In this document: positions 1 to 15,299 of the stretch, piece by piece
Layout of the letters: every line of letters starts with the position of its first letter
Position numbering within the stretch: the first letter of the stretch is position 1
NCBI RefSeq assembly: GCF_009914755.1
Contig: NC_060947.1
Strand: one strand, 5' to 3'
Source of the DNA: the human T2T-CHM13v2.0 reference genome, Homo sapiens
DNA length: 64,000 nt
Program-made: the position numbers and the translations under genes
The notes under the pieces: generated by a model
Database searches by the model: none
Seen by the model: the letters and a program-made list of their open reading frames with translations, nothing else
Told to the model about the DNA's origin: nothing

Positions 1-86
1 GGTCTTGAATTCCCGGACTCAAGTCATCTGCCCGTCTCGGCCTCCCAAAGTGCTGGAATTACAAATGTGAGCCACTGCACCTTGCC
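1..86 (-). mobile_element. Alu 5' end (continues outside the window)
   Basis: CTCGGCCTCCCAAAGTGCTGG...GTGAGCCACTGCAC. Confidence 0.9.
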
Positions 87-794
87 CAGTGTGACAGATT
101 TTTAAAAGCGAAGATGACCTTGGAGATAATCCAGTGAGAAAATCACACTCAACTGGAATGTAAACTCCATGAAATAAGCCATTTCATACTCACAACTCTA
201 TTACTAAACCTAATAGCTTGCAATAATACATAAGAGATGTAAACAGAAGAGGAAATTACATGTTAAAAAGATAGAGTCTTGCCCAGGTTCACAAAAATAG
301 AATCTAGGTCTTCACTTCTAGCTCAGTGCTTTTCCCATCATGCCACACTGAGCCTCCTGAAGGATATGATGTCTTCTCCAAATCAGTATAATTTAAGTTC
401 TAGAATAATGTTTTCTTGGTTACTAATGTGTAACTCATACTAAATTCATAACTTTTGAATTGGATTATACTGATTTATATCTGCATATTACAAACTATAC
501 CTACTTCACTTGATTTTACTATTGGGCATTTTTTGTTACAATTTGTTTACTTAAATTTGGAACTGTAGAGAAAATAAACAGAATTAGATGACCAAAATAA
601 CAGAAAGGAAATTGTTTCATCTTTGAATAGACAATAGTTAATTACCAGGTCCTAAAGCCACTTCTAATACCCATGAAGTTTCTTAGTTATCTTGCCAAGA
701 ATGAAAAATAAATGAAATTATGCAAAACATTAGTTGGTAGGTTAAATTCTGTGGCAATTAAAAGCAATTTATTAAGTGAGTAATGTATACCATA

Positions 795-1327
795 GAGAAG
801 GAAAAACTTAGCCTCTACACTTCTAGGGTGTTTTTCCGGCGGAGCCTGATAATTAAATTGACATAAGACAGAACAACAGGAGAAAAGCATACAAGTGTAT
901 TTAATACAAACTACATAACACAGGAGACTTAAGAAAATGAAGACCCAAAGACATCATTAGAGCTGAACACCTATATGCTGAATTGGACAAAAAGTAATAA
1001 GCTGTGAAAATGTGACAAGGCAAAAGTTCTAGGGCTATGGGACTTGTTTGGGTGGAGATGTGGGCAGGAAATAAGGGTTAGTCTGACATAGTGTGTTTGT
1101 ACAGATTTTTCTTGGTCTCACCTTCTCATCCTTGATGGTAAGAATGAAACTTTCCTTCTAGTATAAGGAAGATATCTTTCACATGGGGATTTCATCTCTT
1201 GTTTCTAAGAAACAGAATGAAGTTTGGATGATCTTCTTGTATCTGCTTTTCTTCAAGTGTCTTTAACTCAGAATAGTCAATATTCCAGAATGGCATATTT
1301 TAGGGTGGCATATTCTTAACTCCTTCA
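795..1327. mobile_element. Solo LTR-like element (ERV1/MER4-group resemblance)
   Basis: AATTGACATAAGACAGAACAACAGGAGAAAAGCATACA...AAAATGAAGACCCAAAG...GGCATATTTTAGGGTGGCATATTC...CCTTCA resembles MER4-group LTRs. Family uncertain. Confidence 0.55.
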
Positions 1328-3973
1328 ATACAAAAAGGCTTGTGTAGAGACTTTATTTAAAGCAACATTTAATGTTAATTTTTTTTAAATTATATGTCCC
1401 TTTATCCTATTTGTTTCAAAATTTTGCTACTTCAAACCTAACACTTTCCACAGAAAAAGCCTGTCATTGCCTTCTAGGGATAAAATACTGCCATGCAGAA
1501 CATGGTGCACATATTAGACATTTAAGTAATTTAGATGCTGGAAGGGAATGTAACATATTATACTTGTTAACATTGTTGACAGCAACATGGAAAGCTCATT
1601 TTGTCTGATTACCAGCCTTATGCTTCATCCGGAATCTTATTTCAATATTTAATACATTTCAGCATCTTCCTTTCTTATATCAAAGTTAAATATATTGTAC
1701 CCAAATTTTATCCTCTTCCATATTCCATTCCCTTAGTGGAAATTGAGGACAGTTGGTCATTTTATTCTGGGTAAGATTACTATTTACACTTATATAGCAT
1801 TGTTAAATCACCTCCTTGATCTTTGCCAGGCTTAATAATTATTATAATTAACATCTTTTGAGTTCCTACTAGGTATTATGTACTTTTACTTGCTGTATTT
1901 TATATGTTTCCCACAACTCTTTGAAATAGATGTTACCTCTATTTTAAAGATGAAACAATTGATGCTTCAAGAGAACGACTTATCCTAGATCAACTAGTGG
2001 CAGAGCAAGTTTTAGCAATGAGTAACACTGCAAGAAACAAAAGGATAAAGAAGACTCAAGTTACAATTTGCAGTTGGGTTTTTTAACCTCTAGCTCCAAA
2101 GAGATGAAATAATGTTCCTCTTTCAATAATGTTTTCTCTGGTTTGTCTTTTGTCTCTCAGATTAATGTGAAAAACACTCTTTTGCAAAATGTCAGGTATT
2201 CTGGTAATCTAATCTCTAGATTACCAAATCTTGGTAGTCAGTCCTCTTCTTTCTACGATGTGAACTTATGCTGAAAAAGACTAACCTTAGTGTTTTTGTA
2301 ATGTGTTAGGAAATATATTAGAGTTTTCTATTGTCAAAACGTGTTCCTCTCTGCCTGTGTGCTTTCTAATAACTACGTTCCCCTTTCCATAAACATGAGC
2401 CTTCAGATACACAGTTGTATGGCCAGCAGTGTCACAGAAGAAGAAACAAATAAAATGCATTCAATAAAAATGAGATAAGGAACACATGGATTCCTTATTT
2501 TAATTTCCAGGAGGATATTTTTCATCTTGAGTAGCTGAACAATTTTAAACTAAGACTTATTTTTAAATAAGTTTTGCCACCTATAAAATTCAATTATTTA
2601 AAATGTATACATGCCATTAAGATATAATTACCTTGCATTCAGAGAAAAGGATTTAAACATTAGGAAATTTCTTTAACAGGCTGACAATTTTCTTTTTTAA
2701 TAAATGGAACAAGAAAGGAATACCCAGAACCACAAAGAAACATATTTAAAGCATTAATGGAAGAAAGATAAATGCATATCTTTAAAATGCTACAATTGAG
2801 ATTAAATTGGTGATTAAAATTTGCCATCTTCTGACAACAATAACTTTTTATATATATTTTAAAATGAGTAATACTATTTTCATTAGAAACTGAATCTTCT
2901 AAAACTGGACTACTTATTATCTATAATTGGTGGGCGGCAACACATTAAAATTCAAATTTCTACATATTTCCATATGTAAATGTGCTTTTTATATTTTTTA
3001 ATATGCTGCTCTTTTTAGGATTTCAAAGTTCAGAAAAATAAGATTGCCTTGGAAATACAATTTATTTTTCTTTCTCTTTAAAAGTCTATTTCATGAGCTT
3101 TCTGCTGTTTAAGTTTTACAGTAGGGCTCCTGACATTCTTCATAGAAATAAATCTTATTTCTTTTGTTTACCCAGGAAAAGAGAAAGAAATCTGTAGTTC
3201 ATTTAGAGATAAGGTCTGTCTCCTGCTCACCCTCCGCCTTTCCTTCCCTCCATCCCTAATACCTTTTCTTGGTGATTCTGAAACTCTATAAAATACTGGT
3301 ATATAATAGGCTTCATCTTACATTTCTCTTTAGGCTTTTCTTTTAAGAGGTGGAACAGTGTAATGCATATAACTACTTGAAAAGGAGCAATTTGCCTTTG
3401 TTCACTTCATTCGAAGATATCTATCAATTTAACATTATTCAACTGTATCTAGAAGATTCCCTTTCTGCCAAATTGGAAAATAGGTACCCATATTGATAAT
3501 ACCAGGCAAGCATATCTTACTGATCAGATACCAAAATATGAGGTTGTAACTATGATCGTAATATGATCAGACCAACCATGATGGAGATGACAACTCTGTG
3601 TCACTCTTGGAAGCCTAATGAAACACTTAAGCTTTGGAAACGTAGACTGTTTTTAACTATTTTTAATCCATCAGTGGTTGTTACATACCCAAAAGATAAA
3701 TGATTGCTCTTTGAGGTTCTTTACAACACTCGTTGAAAAATAAATGATGAATATAATAGATTGAGGATAGACATAACTTATCCTGAAACTGCTATTCATT
3801 TATAGCATTATATCATCTAGTCATACAAAACAAACACATTCATACACAGATGTACCTGAATGCCATATTGAGACTTTTAAATCTTTTTTTTTTTCCTTGC
3901 ATTCTCTATCCCTAGTAAATGTAAGCTGAAGTTTCATCCTGGTATCGGGGGAGAGGGATAAAGGGACTCATCA

Positions 3974-4332
<359 letters not shown>

Positions 4333-7300
4333 GAAGAATCATTTAGGAATTTCAGACAATGCGACCTAGTAAAAGAATGACTCTCTGTTCAAAATGCTTG
4401 ACTTCTGAGAATTATCTTTTTTACACTTAAAAATTTGTTTTGAGAAATATCTTTTGAAATAAAAATATTCTCTGTACAAGTTCATACAATTGCTAAGGCA
4501 CATATCTTTCCCTGAAAAAAAATGACCCTTGCCAGCAGTGAAAGTATATTTAATTAATATAAATTCATAAATTCTATTTTAATAACATAAGCGAAGAGCT
4601 TTATATTGAGAGCCCTTTGAGATAAACTGTATCAATAGATTTCACAAGCTACTCAGTTGTTATTATGTATTAATTTAGTATTTTTATATTTTTTCATCAG
4701 TTTTATCTTAGAACTTTCCTGAAGTGTCCTATTATGTTTTCTATCATGTTTGTTTGCTTGTCACATTTTCTAAAATGGTTAGCTGACCGAGACTAAAGAA
4801 TTCAATAGAAATTATTAACTAATCTCAAGTAAAGATATTGCTCTTAGAACTTTTGGCCAAGAGTTAAACATAGCTGGAAAAAAGTCTAAAGCTTATACTT
4901 ATTTTAAAAGAGGCATTGCCTATTCTGAAATTAAATGTTCTTCATAAAGTAAAAGTATGCTTTGGAATGTGCTTTATTTTCTTCTTAGAAGCCAGGTATG
5001 TAATAATAAAAAATACCTCTCTTATTTCACAGCCTTAAATTTTTTAGGTTACTTTTATTTAGTAGTTACCCTGGTTCTCTTGACTATTTCTTGAAAGGGG
5101 GAGATATTTTTCTAAGGAAAAATAGGCAGATAATTTCTACTTTTATGAGACTCTTTACAAACACTCTAAGAATAAGTGCAAAAACTTTTTTGGCATATAA
5201 AGTATTGCAGCTTTTTTGCAAAAATACCAAATCTAAGAAAATGAGAATGGTAGTGGGAGGATTGTATTTCTCCTCATTATAGTACATTAAAAATAGGTCT
5301 TTACAGGAAAAGGACTAAAACAAGATACTTAAAAAATAACCATGATATAAATGGTTTACTATTTTAAAAGTTTAATTTATAATAGCTGTTTTTATCAAAA
5401 ATCTCTGCCATGAAAAGCCTTTTTCTTGAAGTCTAGACAGGTAAGAAGTTTATATAAATACATCAATAGATCAAAAGGCTAAAATCTTTCAATTAATAAT
5501 GAGATGTAGTTTGATGCACTGAAAGGGAAACAAGAGCAGTAATACAATTTGTATACTGCAGTCATGACATTTTAGTGACCTTCAAATTTGATGGATATTT
5601 GTTTTCTAAAGGTTATCATCATGTTTAAAAATATTTTATTAATTTATAACATTTATACCATAAACACCATTAATTTATATCATTAATAAATTCCACTATA
5701 ATGTATTAGTGAACCAGTTAGCAGCTGTAAGATTGAGTAATATTTAGACTTTTATTAATAGTTTCTAAATGTCCCAGACTAATTAAATCTTCTCATTCCA
5801 CAAGAACAATGCTTAATTATCTTGACTACACAGCTTATAAGCAAGATATTAATAGAATATTCTTGTTTCACACCTTCAGTGGTATGGAGACTGTCAGTAA
5901 AACTATCTCTTTTCATTGCTAACACTTCATTGGACCGATTAGATGACTTCTGAATTCATTAGTGAAGTGCTAACTTCCTACTGGAACTGGAACTGGCATA
6001 GTGTGTTTTATTACTGTGTATGTTTACATGTGCTGATACACCTTTCAGAAAGTTGAATCTTTGACTAACATATAAACCTGAAATTAGACAGTAACCCGCC
6101 ACCAGAGGGATTGTCAATCTCTGGATTGCCTAAGTGTCAGATGTCTGCCAGGTGCCATACGTTTATCTAAAGCAGGTTATAGCAGTGGATTATCATAGAG
6201 TCATAGCAGTGGATTATCATAAAGTCATAGCACTTTAGAACAAAAAAGAGTCTAATCCAATTGTTCTATTTTGCAGAGGCAAAAAATGAGGATTGGATTA
6301 ACTATTTCTACCTAGCCAGTACTTTATCCGTGTTAAAAATGTTATTACTCAAATTAGCTGATGTGCACAGGTAGTGGTAGTGATTTTGCTACCTGATATT
6401 ATAATAGAAAATGATTATATTTAATTTCCCCTTTTTCAGTGAAGCTTTCATCATTAGGGAAATTGGCCTGATCATCTTATGATCATAATTACAACCTCAT
6501 ACTCTGAAGGGCAGTTGATATAGAACAAATCCTTTTCAAAGCAACAATATAAATTGAGATCATTTGGGTAACTTTCATGACAGCTCTTCCCTATTAGCAT
6601 TCACCACTTTCAATATTTTATTGTTCCCAGACATGATTAAAATGAATCTTTTATAAAAATAACTTTGTTATCTAAAACTTTTTACCAGATTATAATATGA
6701 AAATTCTTCAGCTGAAGGAATAATTTTTAGCTACCCCACTTCATGGCATGTTCCAGAAATAATTCCCCACTGGGTCAACATCCCCCAGAGCTCTTCTTCA
6801 CAGACAAATAGAGACACAAAGAATGTATGCAATTTGATGTTACTGAGCACATACACATTTTGGAACTATTATTCCCCCTATCAGATAGTACTATTACTCT
6901 TGCTTTTAGTGGTAACTTTGACAATTTATTGCTAGAATTATTCATCTTTAGTGAGGCTGAAGGTCCAATGTTAGAATGTTTTAGAGACTTATTTCTGAGA
7001 GGGCCTTAGGTCTATCAAGGTGGGCAAGGTTGTTATTTTTAATCAAAATAAAATGTTATGAATCATTTAAAAATGTAAACTCTTTAAACAGTCTACAATT
7101 TTAAATCTTTTGTTTAATTTAGAAAGTAGGCAAGGCTAGAAAGGAAAGGAAATTTTACCCATATTACTTCCACACAGTATATTTATATATTTTATTTAAA
7201 AAATTTTTTTAAATAACATTTAAAAACAGGTTACAAAATACTTATGGCACACATCAATGGATATAACTGTAAAATACATTATATAACTTTTATGCAATTT

Positions 7301-8545
7301 TATTTTACATATCCTCACCTTAAATAAAAATAGCAAAATTTTATAACGTTTCAGATAAGAACAAAATAAATTAAATAATACAAAGACTCATGAATTTCAA
7401 TTTGTTTCTATTTTGAAAGAAGAGTGAGAAAAATTTTAAATTATTTTAATATTCAATGTAGCTTCTTTAGCCAGTGCTTTCCTTAGGTTAAATAAAATTT
7501 GTGTGTAAAGTCAATGATGGGAACATCATTTTGAAAATTACAGTAATAGTTGAGTTCATGACACTGACTTAATTACACTGACGTTTAGAAGAGATTTTAT
7601 AAATTTAAAAGATTATTCCTGTCATTTACCCCAGCTATATTTTCTTCCAATAAGGCTTTAAAACTTGCTTTGGAAAATGCTATGCAGAACAGTTACTTAG
7701 CATGTGTAGCAAGATACGAAGTGGGAAATACAGATGAAAAACAAGTTTACACTGTTTAGAAAACAATTTGGTCTAGTGCTGGTTATATTTGCACTTTCAC
7801 AATACATCCTGTGCATTATGCATTACTTAAAAATGTATTCGTGTTTTACACATTTTATGTACTTTCATTGATTTGAGAATTTGAAAGTCTTTCAACATCA
7901 TCTCAAGGTATCCTGTACTCCATCGTTTACTGGTACATTGCTTAAAATTTCACGTGTGTCATATCTAGTCTTTAAAAATATTTGTAATTCTTTTATCAAA
8001 GAACGGATAAATGCCTAAAATTTGTTTTTATTTTATTATGAATTTTGTATTGTTATTAAGATTAATTAAGATTATATTGCAATAAAAATTAACAGTTGAC
8101 TTGTTTGTCTAATTTTGAGACCAGCTTAATATGATCTATAAAGTTTACAAGTATAATTTCTGAATAATGTAAGTTTTAAAAATATTACTGTTTTTTAATC
8201 AAATAAATAATGAGATAGGTAATTCATAGATAAATGTAAAGTGCAGTTGAGACTCTTAACCAACGGTCTCTTAATACACAATTTATTTTGTCTGCCTTCT
8301 TTTATAAATATCAGCTCCATTCTTGGGCAACTTTTAATGTCTCAAGCGTTTTCCTTTTCTACTATGCTCCTGATCTTCATTAAAGTTTTCTGTAGAATGG
8401 TTATAAATATTAAAACGGTCATAAATGTTGAAACTTTCCTTAAGTAGGTAATATTTGTTATCCAACGTCTCAGAGGAATTTCCATTTGCTTCATAAAGCA
8501 TGGCACTTTTTTAAAGACAAAAAACAAACCTGGAATTGACATTCA

Positions 8546-9086
<541 letters not shown>

Positions 9087-9342
9087 TTATCATTCATTTC
9101 TTAATGGTTGATAAGGTGAATTCTAATTTTAACAGATTTTTATTCCTAGTCATAGAAATGTAGATGCGAATTGAGTCTGTACATCTGCTTACATTTTCTT
9201 TCTATAAGCTAGTAAGTAAATAGGCGTTTTGTTTAACAAATCAGACTGAACAGAGTTAGTACAATTTGGCTGGCCAGGGCCTAGCATTAAAGAGAAAACT
9301 GAGAAAATTTGCATAGCTGTGGTGTTCCAGACCACCATTTCT

Positions 9343-10142
9343 TTTATTATTATTATTTCAACATTTTCTGGGTACAGGTGGTTTTTAGTTACATAGATAA
9401 GTTCTTTACTGGTGATTTCTGAGATTTTGATGCACCCATCACCCAAGCAGTGTATGTTGCACTCAATGTGTAGACTTTTATTCCTCGTGCCCCTGTAACC
9501 CTTCCCCTCGAGTCCCCAGAGTCCATTATATCATCCTTATGACTTTTGCATCCTCATACCTTAGCTCTCACTTATAAGTGAGAACATACAATGTTTGGTT
9601 TTCCATTCCTGAGTTACTTCACTTAGAATAATGGTCTCCAACTTCATCTAGGTTGCTGTGAATGCCATTATTTCATTCCTTTTTATGGCTGAGTAGTATT
9701 CCATGGTATGTATGCGTATATATATATATATATATATATCACATTTTCTTTATCCACTCATTGCTTGATGGGCATTTAGGCTGCTTCCATATTTTTGCAA
9801 TTGCAAATTGTGCTGCTATAAACATGTGTGTGCAAGTGTCTTATTCATATAATGACTTATTTTCCTCTGCATAGATACCCAGTAGTGGAATTGCTGGATC
9901 AAATAGTAGTTCTACTTTCAGTTCTTTAAGGAATCTCCGTACTGTTTTCCATAGTGGTCGTACTAGTTTACACTTCCACTGACAGTGTAAAAGTGTTCCC
10001 TTTTCACCACATCCACACCAACATCTATTTTTTTTTTATGTTTTAACTCTGACCATTCTTACAAGAGTAAGATGGTATCGCATTGTGGTTTTGATTTGCA
10101 TTTCCCTGATAATTGGTGATGTTAAGCATTTTTTTTCATATG
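9343..10142 (-). mobile_element. 5'-truncated L1 (L1PB-like 3' end)
   Basis: ORF2 C-terminal remnant ([15 protein letters not shown]) plus L1PB-type 3'UTR. 16-bp TSD CCAGAC(C/A)ACCATTTCT at 9327-9342 and 10143-10158. Confidence 0.85.
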
Positions 10143-13100
10143 CCAGACAACCATTTCTGTGTGACTTCAAAGACAGCATCACTTCCTCCAAATGAAAGTG
10201 AGTATAGGATTTGTAGTAGTGAAATGACTCATTATAACCAATCAATGTAAAGATGGTAAACTATAAACTAACATTTATTATAATTTTAATACAACATTTA
10301 ATGTTCCTAAGTCAGTAACTTAATAGTTAAAGTAGAACTATAATATGGTAGATTAAATTTGGTTTGTGATGCAGTACTTTTTAAAGTGAAATTAAGTTTG
10401 CAGTTATTGCTGGGATCATTGGCTGTCATTTGTGAGATAATTCATAACTCATTTTTTTGAACTCATTATTTATAAAAGGTATCAATTTGACAGCTCTGGA
10501 GACACACTTCATTTTTTCAATTCAAATAATAGGAACAGCAATGCTGAAACTTTCAGCAGCATCTCCAACTAAAGCATCTGTCACGTCTATCACTAATTTG
10601 AAAAGTCTGTTTCCTGAGTGAGGAATTATTTTGGTCAACACATCTGAGCAGCACCCCAGAAAGTCAGCCTTTATCCTCAGAGCAATAACGATGATAGTGA
10701 CAGTTCTTGACTTTTGGGAGATGCAGATGTATATCTGGTTAAGAACTTCCAGCTTGCAACCCAGCCATTTCCTCCTCTCCAAGTAGGGGGCAAGAATTAA
10801 ATATGCTAACATGCAGAAGTTCTTCCTAGCACAGTACCTTTCATTTAATATGTGATAGTTTTCCTTTTATTGTTTCTTTTCTTCTCCAGAATACTTTTGA
10901 AAAGAAACTAAAACTAACACTACATTATTTTGATATTTGACTGTTTTTCATCTGCCTCTATACCCTTCAAGATGTTTCTTTTTCAGTATCATTTTCTTCT
11001 CTCATTTTTCATTCAACTCTAACAATAAAATTGTACATAGAAAATAGAATACAATGAAGAAATTTTAACTGAAAGCCTGCATTTTAGGAAGTAGCTCACA
11101 AAAAAATAGATGAACCATAAAGGATTTCTTTATACCATAATGAGCAAATTAGTAACTAAATAGAAAATCATTGATTCTGGGATAATAGGGCAGGTGCTCT
11201 CCTTTATATTAGTTGAGTATCAGCTTGAGATGAATGTTATAAAAATAGAACTCAATACGGATTAAAAACAATAAGCATGCAATGTTTTGCTTGATTCATT
11301 TAAAGACAATACTAGAAAAAATTTGAGACTGATTTAATACATTTATCGTGTCATGGAAAACATATGACTTATACCCTAGGTTGATTCCTTTTTTGACACT
11401 GCATCGCATCCTATTTATGGATGAGAAAGAGTTGGGTCATTAAACATATATTCCTTCCATGGATATCAATACTTTTACTTTAGCATCACAATCATATTGA
11501 TTATAATAATTATCTTAATTTTTATCATTCTCAATCCTTATAAAAATCCTCAACTCTTACTAATTCCATTTTATAGAAGAAGCAATTGAAGGTAAAAATG
11601 ATTGAGTGTCTTGTAGAACAAAGTCATACAGTGAGAAAGACAGGACTTTTCTTTAAAATGAATACTAGATTACTTGCTTCTTTGGTTCCCTTGAGAATTT
11701 TTCTTAGTAGTGAAATACTAATTATACAGAAGTCAATGGCAAACAAGTGTTTGTGAGCTAGAAATGGGCATATACAGGACTAGGGTAAAATGAAAATCAC
11801 ATTATCAACTGCCCGATGCTAAGTGTTAGAGGTTACAGAACAATATTAGTGATGAAGCCCACTTATCATAGAAGTCAAGCTTATTTTGCTCTGTTACAGA
11901 CTAATGAGAGATGCAATTTAGAAAGGATTTCTGTATGAAACCAAAGTTTACCTGTTTATCATATAACACTTGCTTTTTTGTTGACTCTCTATCTTTGACA
12001 AAGCAAGTTTTTAAACAATTATTTGAATTTTCTTTTTGATTATATTCTCTACCATACATGCTATCTTAATTCTGTGTATATTCTCTACAATGTCTTAACT
12101 ACTCAATAGTTTCTTCATTCAATAGATATTTACTGAACTCCTACTTTTTGCCAGGTCCTGTCTTAGGGAATTTACTGACAAATATCTACGCTGATAGTTA
12201 GAGACATAGTTCGGATTCACTTGATCAATTATATTTGGTGTCTTTGAATGTTTAATACAAATTACAAGTATATTTATACAAATGAATAGATTTCTTCATA
12301 AAATGTGTTCATCCCAGATGGCCACTGCTTCTTAGAAAAAAAATAACGTCTATATATCTTCTTGATACAATTACTACTAGCTTGGAATTTTTGAAACCTT
12401 AGGAGAGAAAATACCACAGCCAAACTATTTTCAGGCTTTATTTTCCTGCTAAGGGAAGATTCTGAATCTTTCCTAAAAAATAAATATTACATTTCTCCTA
12501 AATTTTTATCTTCATTTTCATAGAGAAAGTATTCCTCTCAGGAGAAGTGACTATCAATTTTTCTCTTCAGAAGAATTTTTATACTTCAGAAGTATTTAGT
12601 TTGACTATTAGACAATCCCAGAAAAAGCATTTTGCTCATCTCTAAAATGTGATGTTTCAGGTTATATGTTTTACTTCAAGAAGAATATAATTTTAATAGT
12701 CACCAGATATCATTACTGAACATTATCACTTTCCAGCCAAAAAGAAAGTAAAGCATTTCAGAAATACTTATTCCTGCCCACTCATTTCATAATAAGACTT
12801 CAAGTAATTTATTGCCTAATATAAGACAATTAGTGAGTTCTACAGTCAACGACATGGACAATGCCAGTTCTTGTGAACATTTCCAAGAGGATATTTATGC
12901 TTAACTTTTTCTTTTTTAAAAAATAAATAGCTTTATGTAATTAAGTAGCTTTACCTTATAACATATAATTAGAAGATTTAAGTATTCATTGTAAGATCTT
13001 TTTTATGTATACATTTATTAACTAGAGGCATGTGACTTCAGCATCATGAACCAAGTCAGTATCTGAATATATATATTCTTTACATTTTTTTTTGCCACTA

Positions 13101-14014
13101 CTTTTGAGATCTATTACTGTATGGGGTGATTTGAATATACTATAAACTTTTGGTAAAACTTTTCTCTCATGTTAAAATAACTTTTTAAGTGCTCAGCAAT
13201 ATAGGTATTATAAGAATAAGTATTGTGACTAAAGAAGATAATCAGCAGAAATGCTGCCTACAAGATAAATTTGAAAAAATGAATTAACATACCAAACGTT
13301 AGCCCATTTCCATCTCAAAATACACAGCTTGCTTTTTTTCTTTGAAAGCCAATGGCTCACAGAAAGTTTATTCAACAAGTATTTCTTGAGTGCCTACTAT
13401 GTACAAAGCACTGTATGAGGACTTTGGAGCATAAAAGCAGTATAATACAAGGAAGAGTATGAAAAGAAGCTTGGGAATGAAACCACGTGAAACAGCTGAA
13501 AGGAGTTCAGAGATAGGAGAGATGACTTCTTTCTGTCAAGGATAGCATAGTAGATAGCAACCAGTTTTTTTATGTTATTACAGATAAATAATACAATATT
13601 CCCTCAAGTAACTGTTTAATATCAAGCATATAAATATTTCAATATATATGTCAAACAAAAACAGCATGTTTCAGTTTTTTATGTTTGTTAGGTAAGATAG
13701 AGCAATAAAGGAAGGGATAGAGAAAGGAAAATGCAAAGAATGGACAGAGGAAAGAGATACGGAAGAAGGATAAGGGAAGTATGGAGAGAAAAGAAGTGTC
13801 TCCATATTACTCCATATCAAGGATTATAAAATAGCTTCAGATGACCAGTATAAGAGCTCTGTGTAGAACATCCCAGGACTTCCTGTCTTTTAAAAGATAA
13901 TAGGAAGTAGATTACAAAGATCTATGTGAAACTTACATAATTGGATATAGACACCTCAGTAAAGAGTTATGATAAATAAAAAGAGATTAAGTCATGGACA
14001 AGGTATAGCTAGAC

Positions 14015-14231
14015 CAGGGTTTCTCATCCTTGGCACTATTGACATTTTGGGCCAAATGTTTCTTTGTTGTGGAGGGTTGTCCTGTGCACTGCAGGTTGTT
14101 TTGCAGCATTTCTGACATTCACCCACTAGATGCCAGTAGCCACAATTTTCCAATTATGAACGGCATTAATGACTCCAGACATCTTCAAATATCTCCTCAG
14201 GGATAAAATCACCCCTGGTTGAGAACCACTG
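14015..14231. mobile_element. MER20 (hAT-Charlie non-autonomous DNA transposon)
   Basis: TIRs CAGGGTTTCTCA / TGAGAACCACTG, internal GGCACTATTGACATTTTGGG and CCCACTAGATGCCAGTAGC. Degenerate 8-bp TSD AGCTAGAC / ACCTAGAG. Confidence 0.88.
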
Positions 14232-14939
14232 ACCTAGAGCATAAATATTTCAGTTGTAGTGAAGGAGAAGTTTAGAAAAGAAAGTACAGTCACCCGACAC
14301 AAATGATAGCCACAAAATGAACGTCATGGGAAGAACAGGGATTATGATCTAATGTGGAGATACGTAGAAAAATAAATGGAACAATGAGAAGAGAGAAAAC
14401 ATAATGGAAGCACATTGTTCTTTTGGGTAGTTTGCAATGCCTTATGGCTGAAGTCTCTCTACCTATGAAAAAATAGACAAATAATGGCATGACCAAACAA
14501 AACTCTAGAAAAAGTATCATTTAGTGTCAAACATGATAGTAATTATCAAACTTTACTATGTTTTTCCTGACAGTTTTAAGGTATAAACAATTAATATCTT
14601 TGGAACTGCCTCAGATTTTAGAATTGCCCCACTTAGCTTTTCCCTGGGAAAATAATATTGCTCATCTAAAGGAAAAAAGTAAGATAATTAATGAAACTGT
14701 TTATTTTCCTTCACTCTTGAAAGCATGAGGAAGAATAAATTTTATTCCATAAATTTTTTCATGGCTTCCATTTATTAGTAATTTTCACATGGTGAAATTC
14801 AGGTATTTTACATAGAATTTCTTTTTTATTTTGTTATTACAATTAATATTTCGAACACCCAAAATACATTCCATCTACTTGTGCGTTATGAAACCATGGA
14901 TTATATGTATTCCAAACTCTGTTCATTCTATTCCTCAAC

Positions 14940-14942
<3 letters not shown>

Positions 14943-15007
<65 letters not shown>
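14943..15007. repeat. (TA)n(CA)n microsatellite
   Basis: About 28 perfect TA units followed by CA units. Confidence 0.95.
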
Positions 15008-15009
15008 GA

Positions 15010-15299
15010 TTTAGACAGAGTCTCATTCTTTTTGCCCGGGCTGGAGTGCAGAGGTACAATCTCGGCTTACTGCAACCTCCGCCTCCAGGTTCAAACGATT
15101 CTCCTGCCTCAGCCTCCTGAGTAGAGTAGCTGGGATTACAGGCTCCCGCCACCATGATGGGCTAATTTTTGTATTTTTAGTAGAGATGGGGCTTCGTCAT
15201 GTTGGCCAGGCTGGTCTCGAGCTCCTGACCTCAGGTGATCTGGCCCACCTCAGCCTCCCAAAGTGCTGGGATTACAGGCGTGAGCCACCATGCCTGGGC
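15010..15299 (-). mobile_element. Alu (AluS-like)
   Basis: Full dimer in reverse. The tail position is occupied by (TA)n. Confidence 0.92.
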
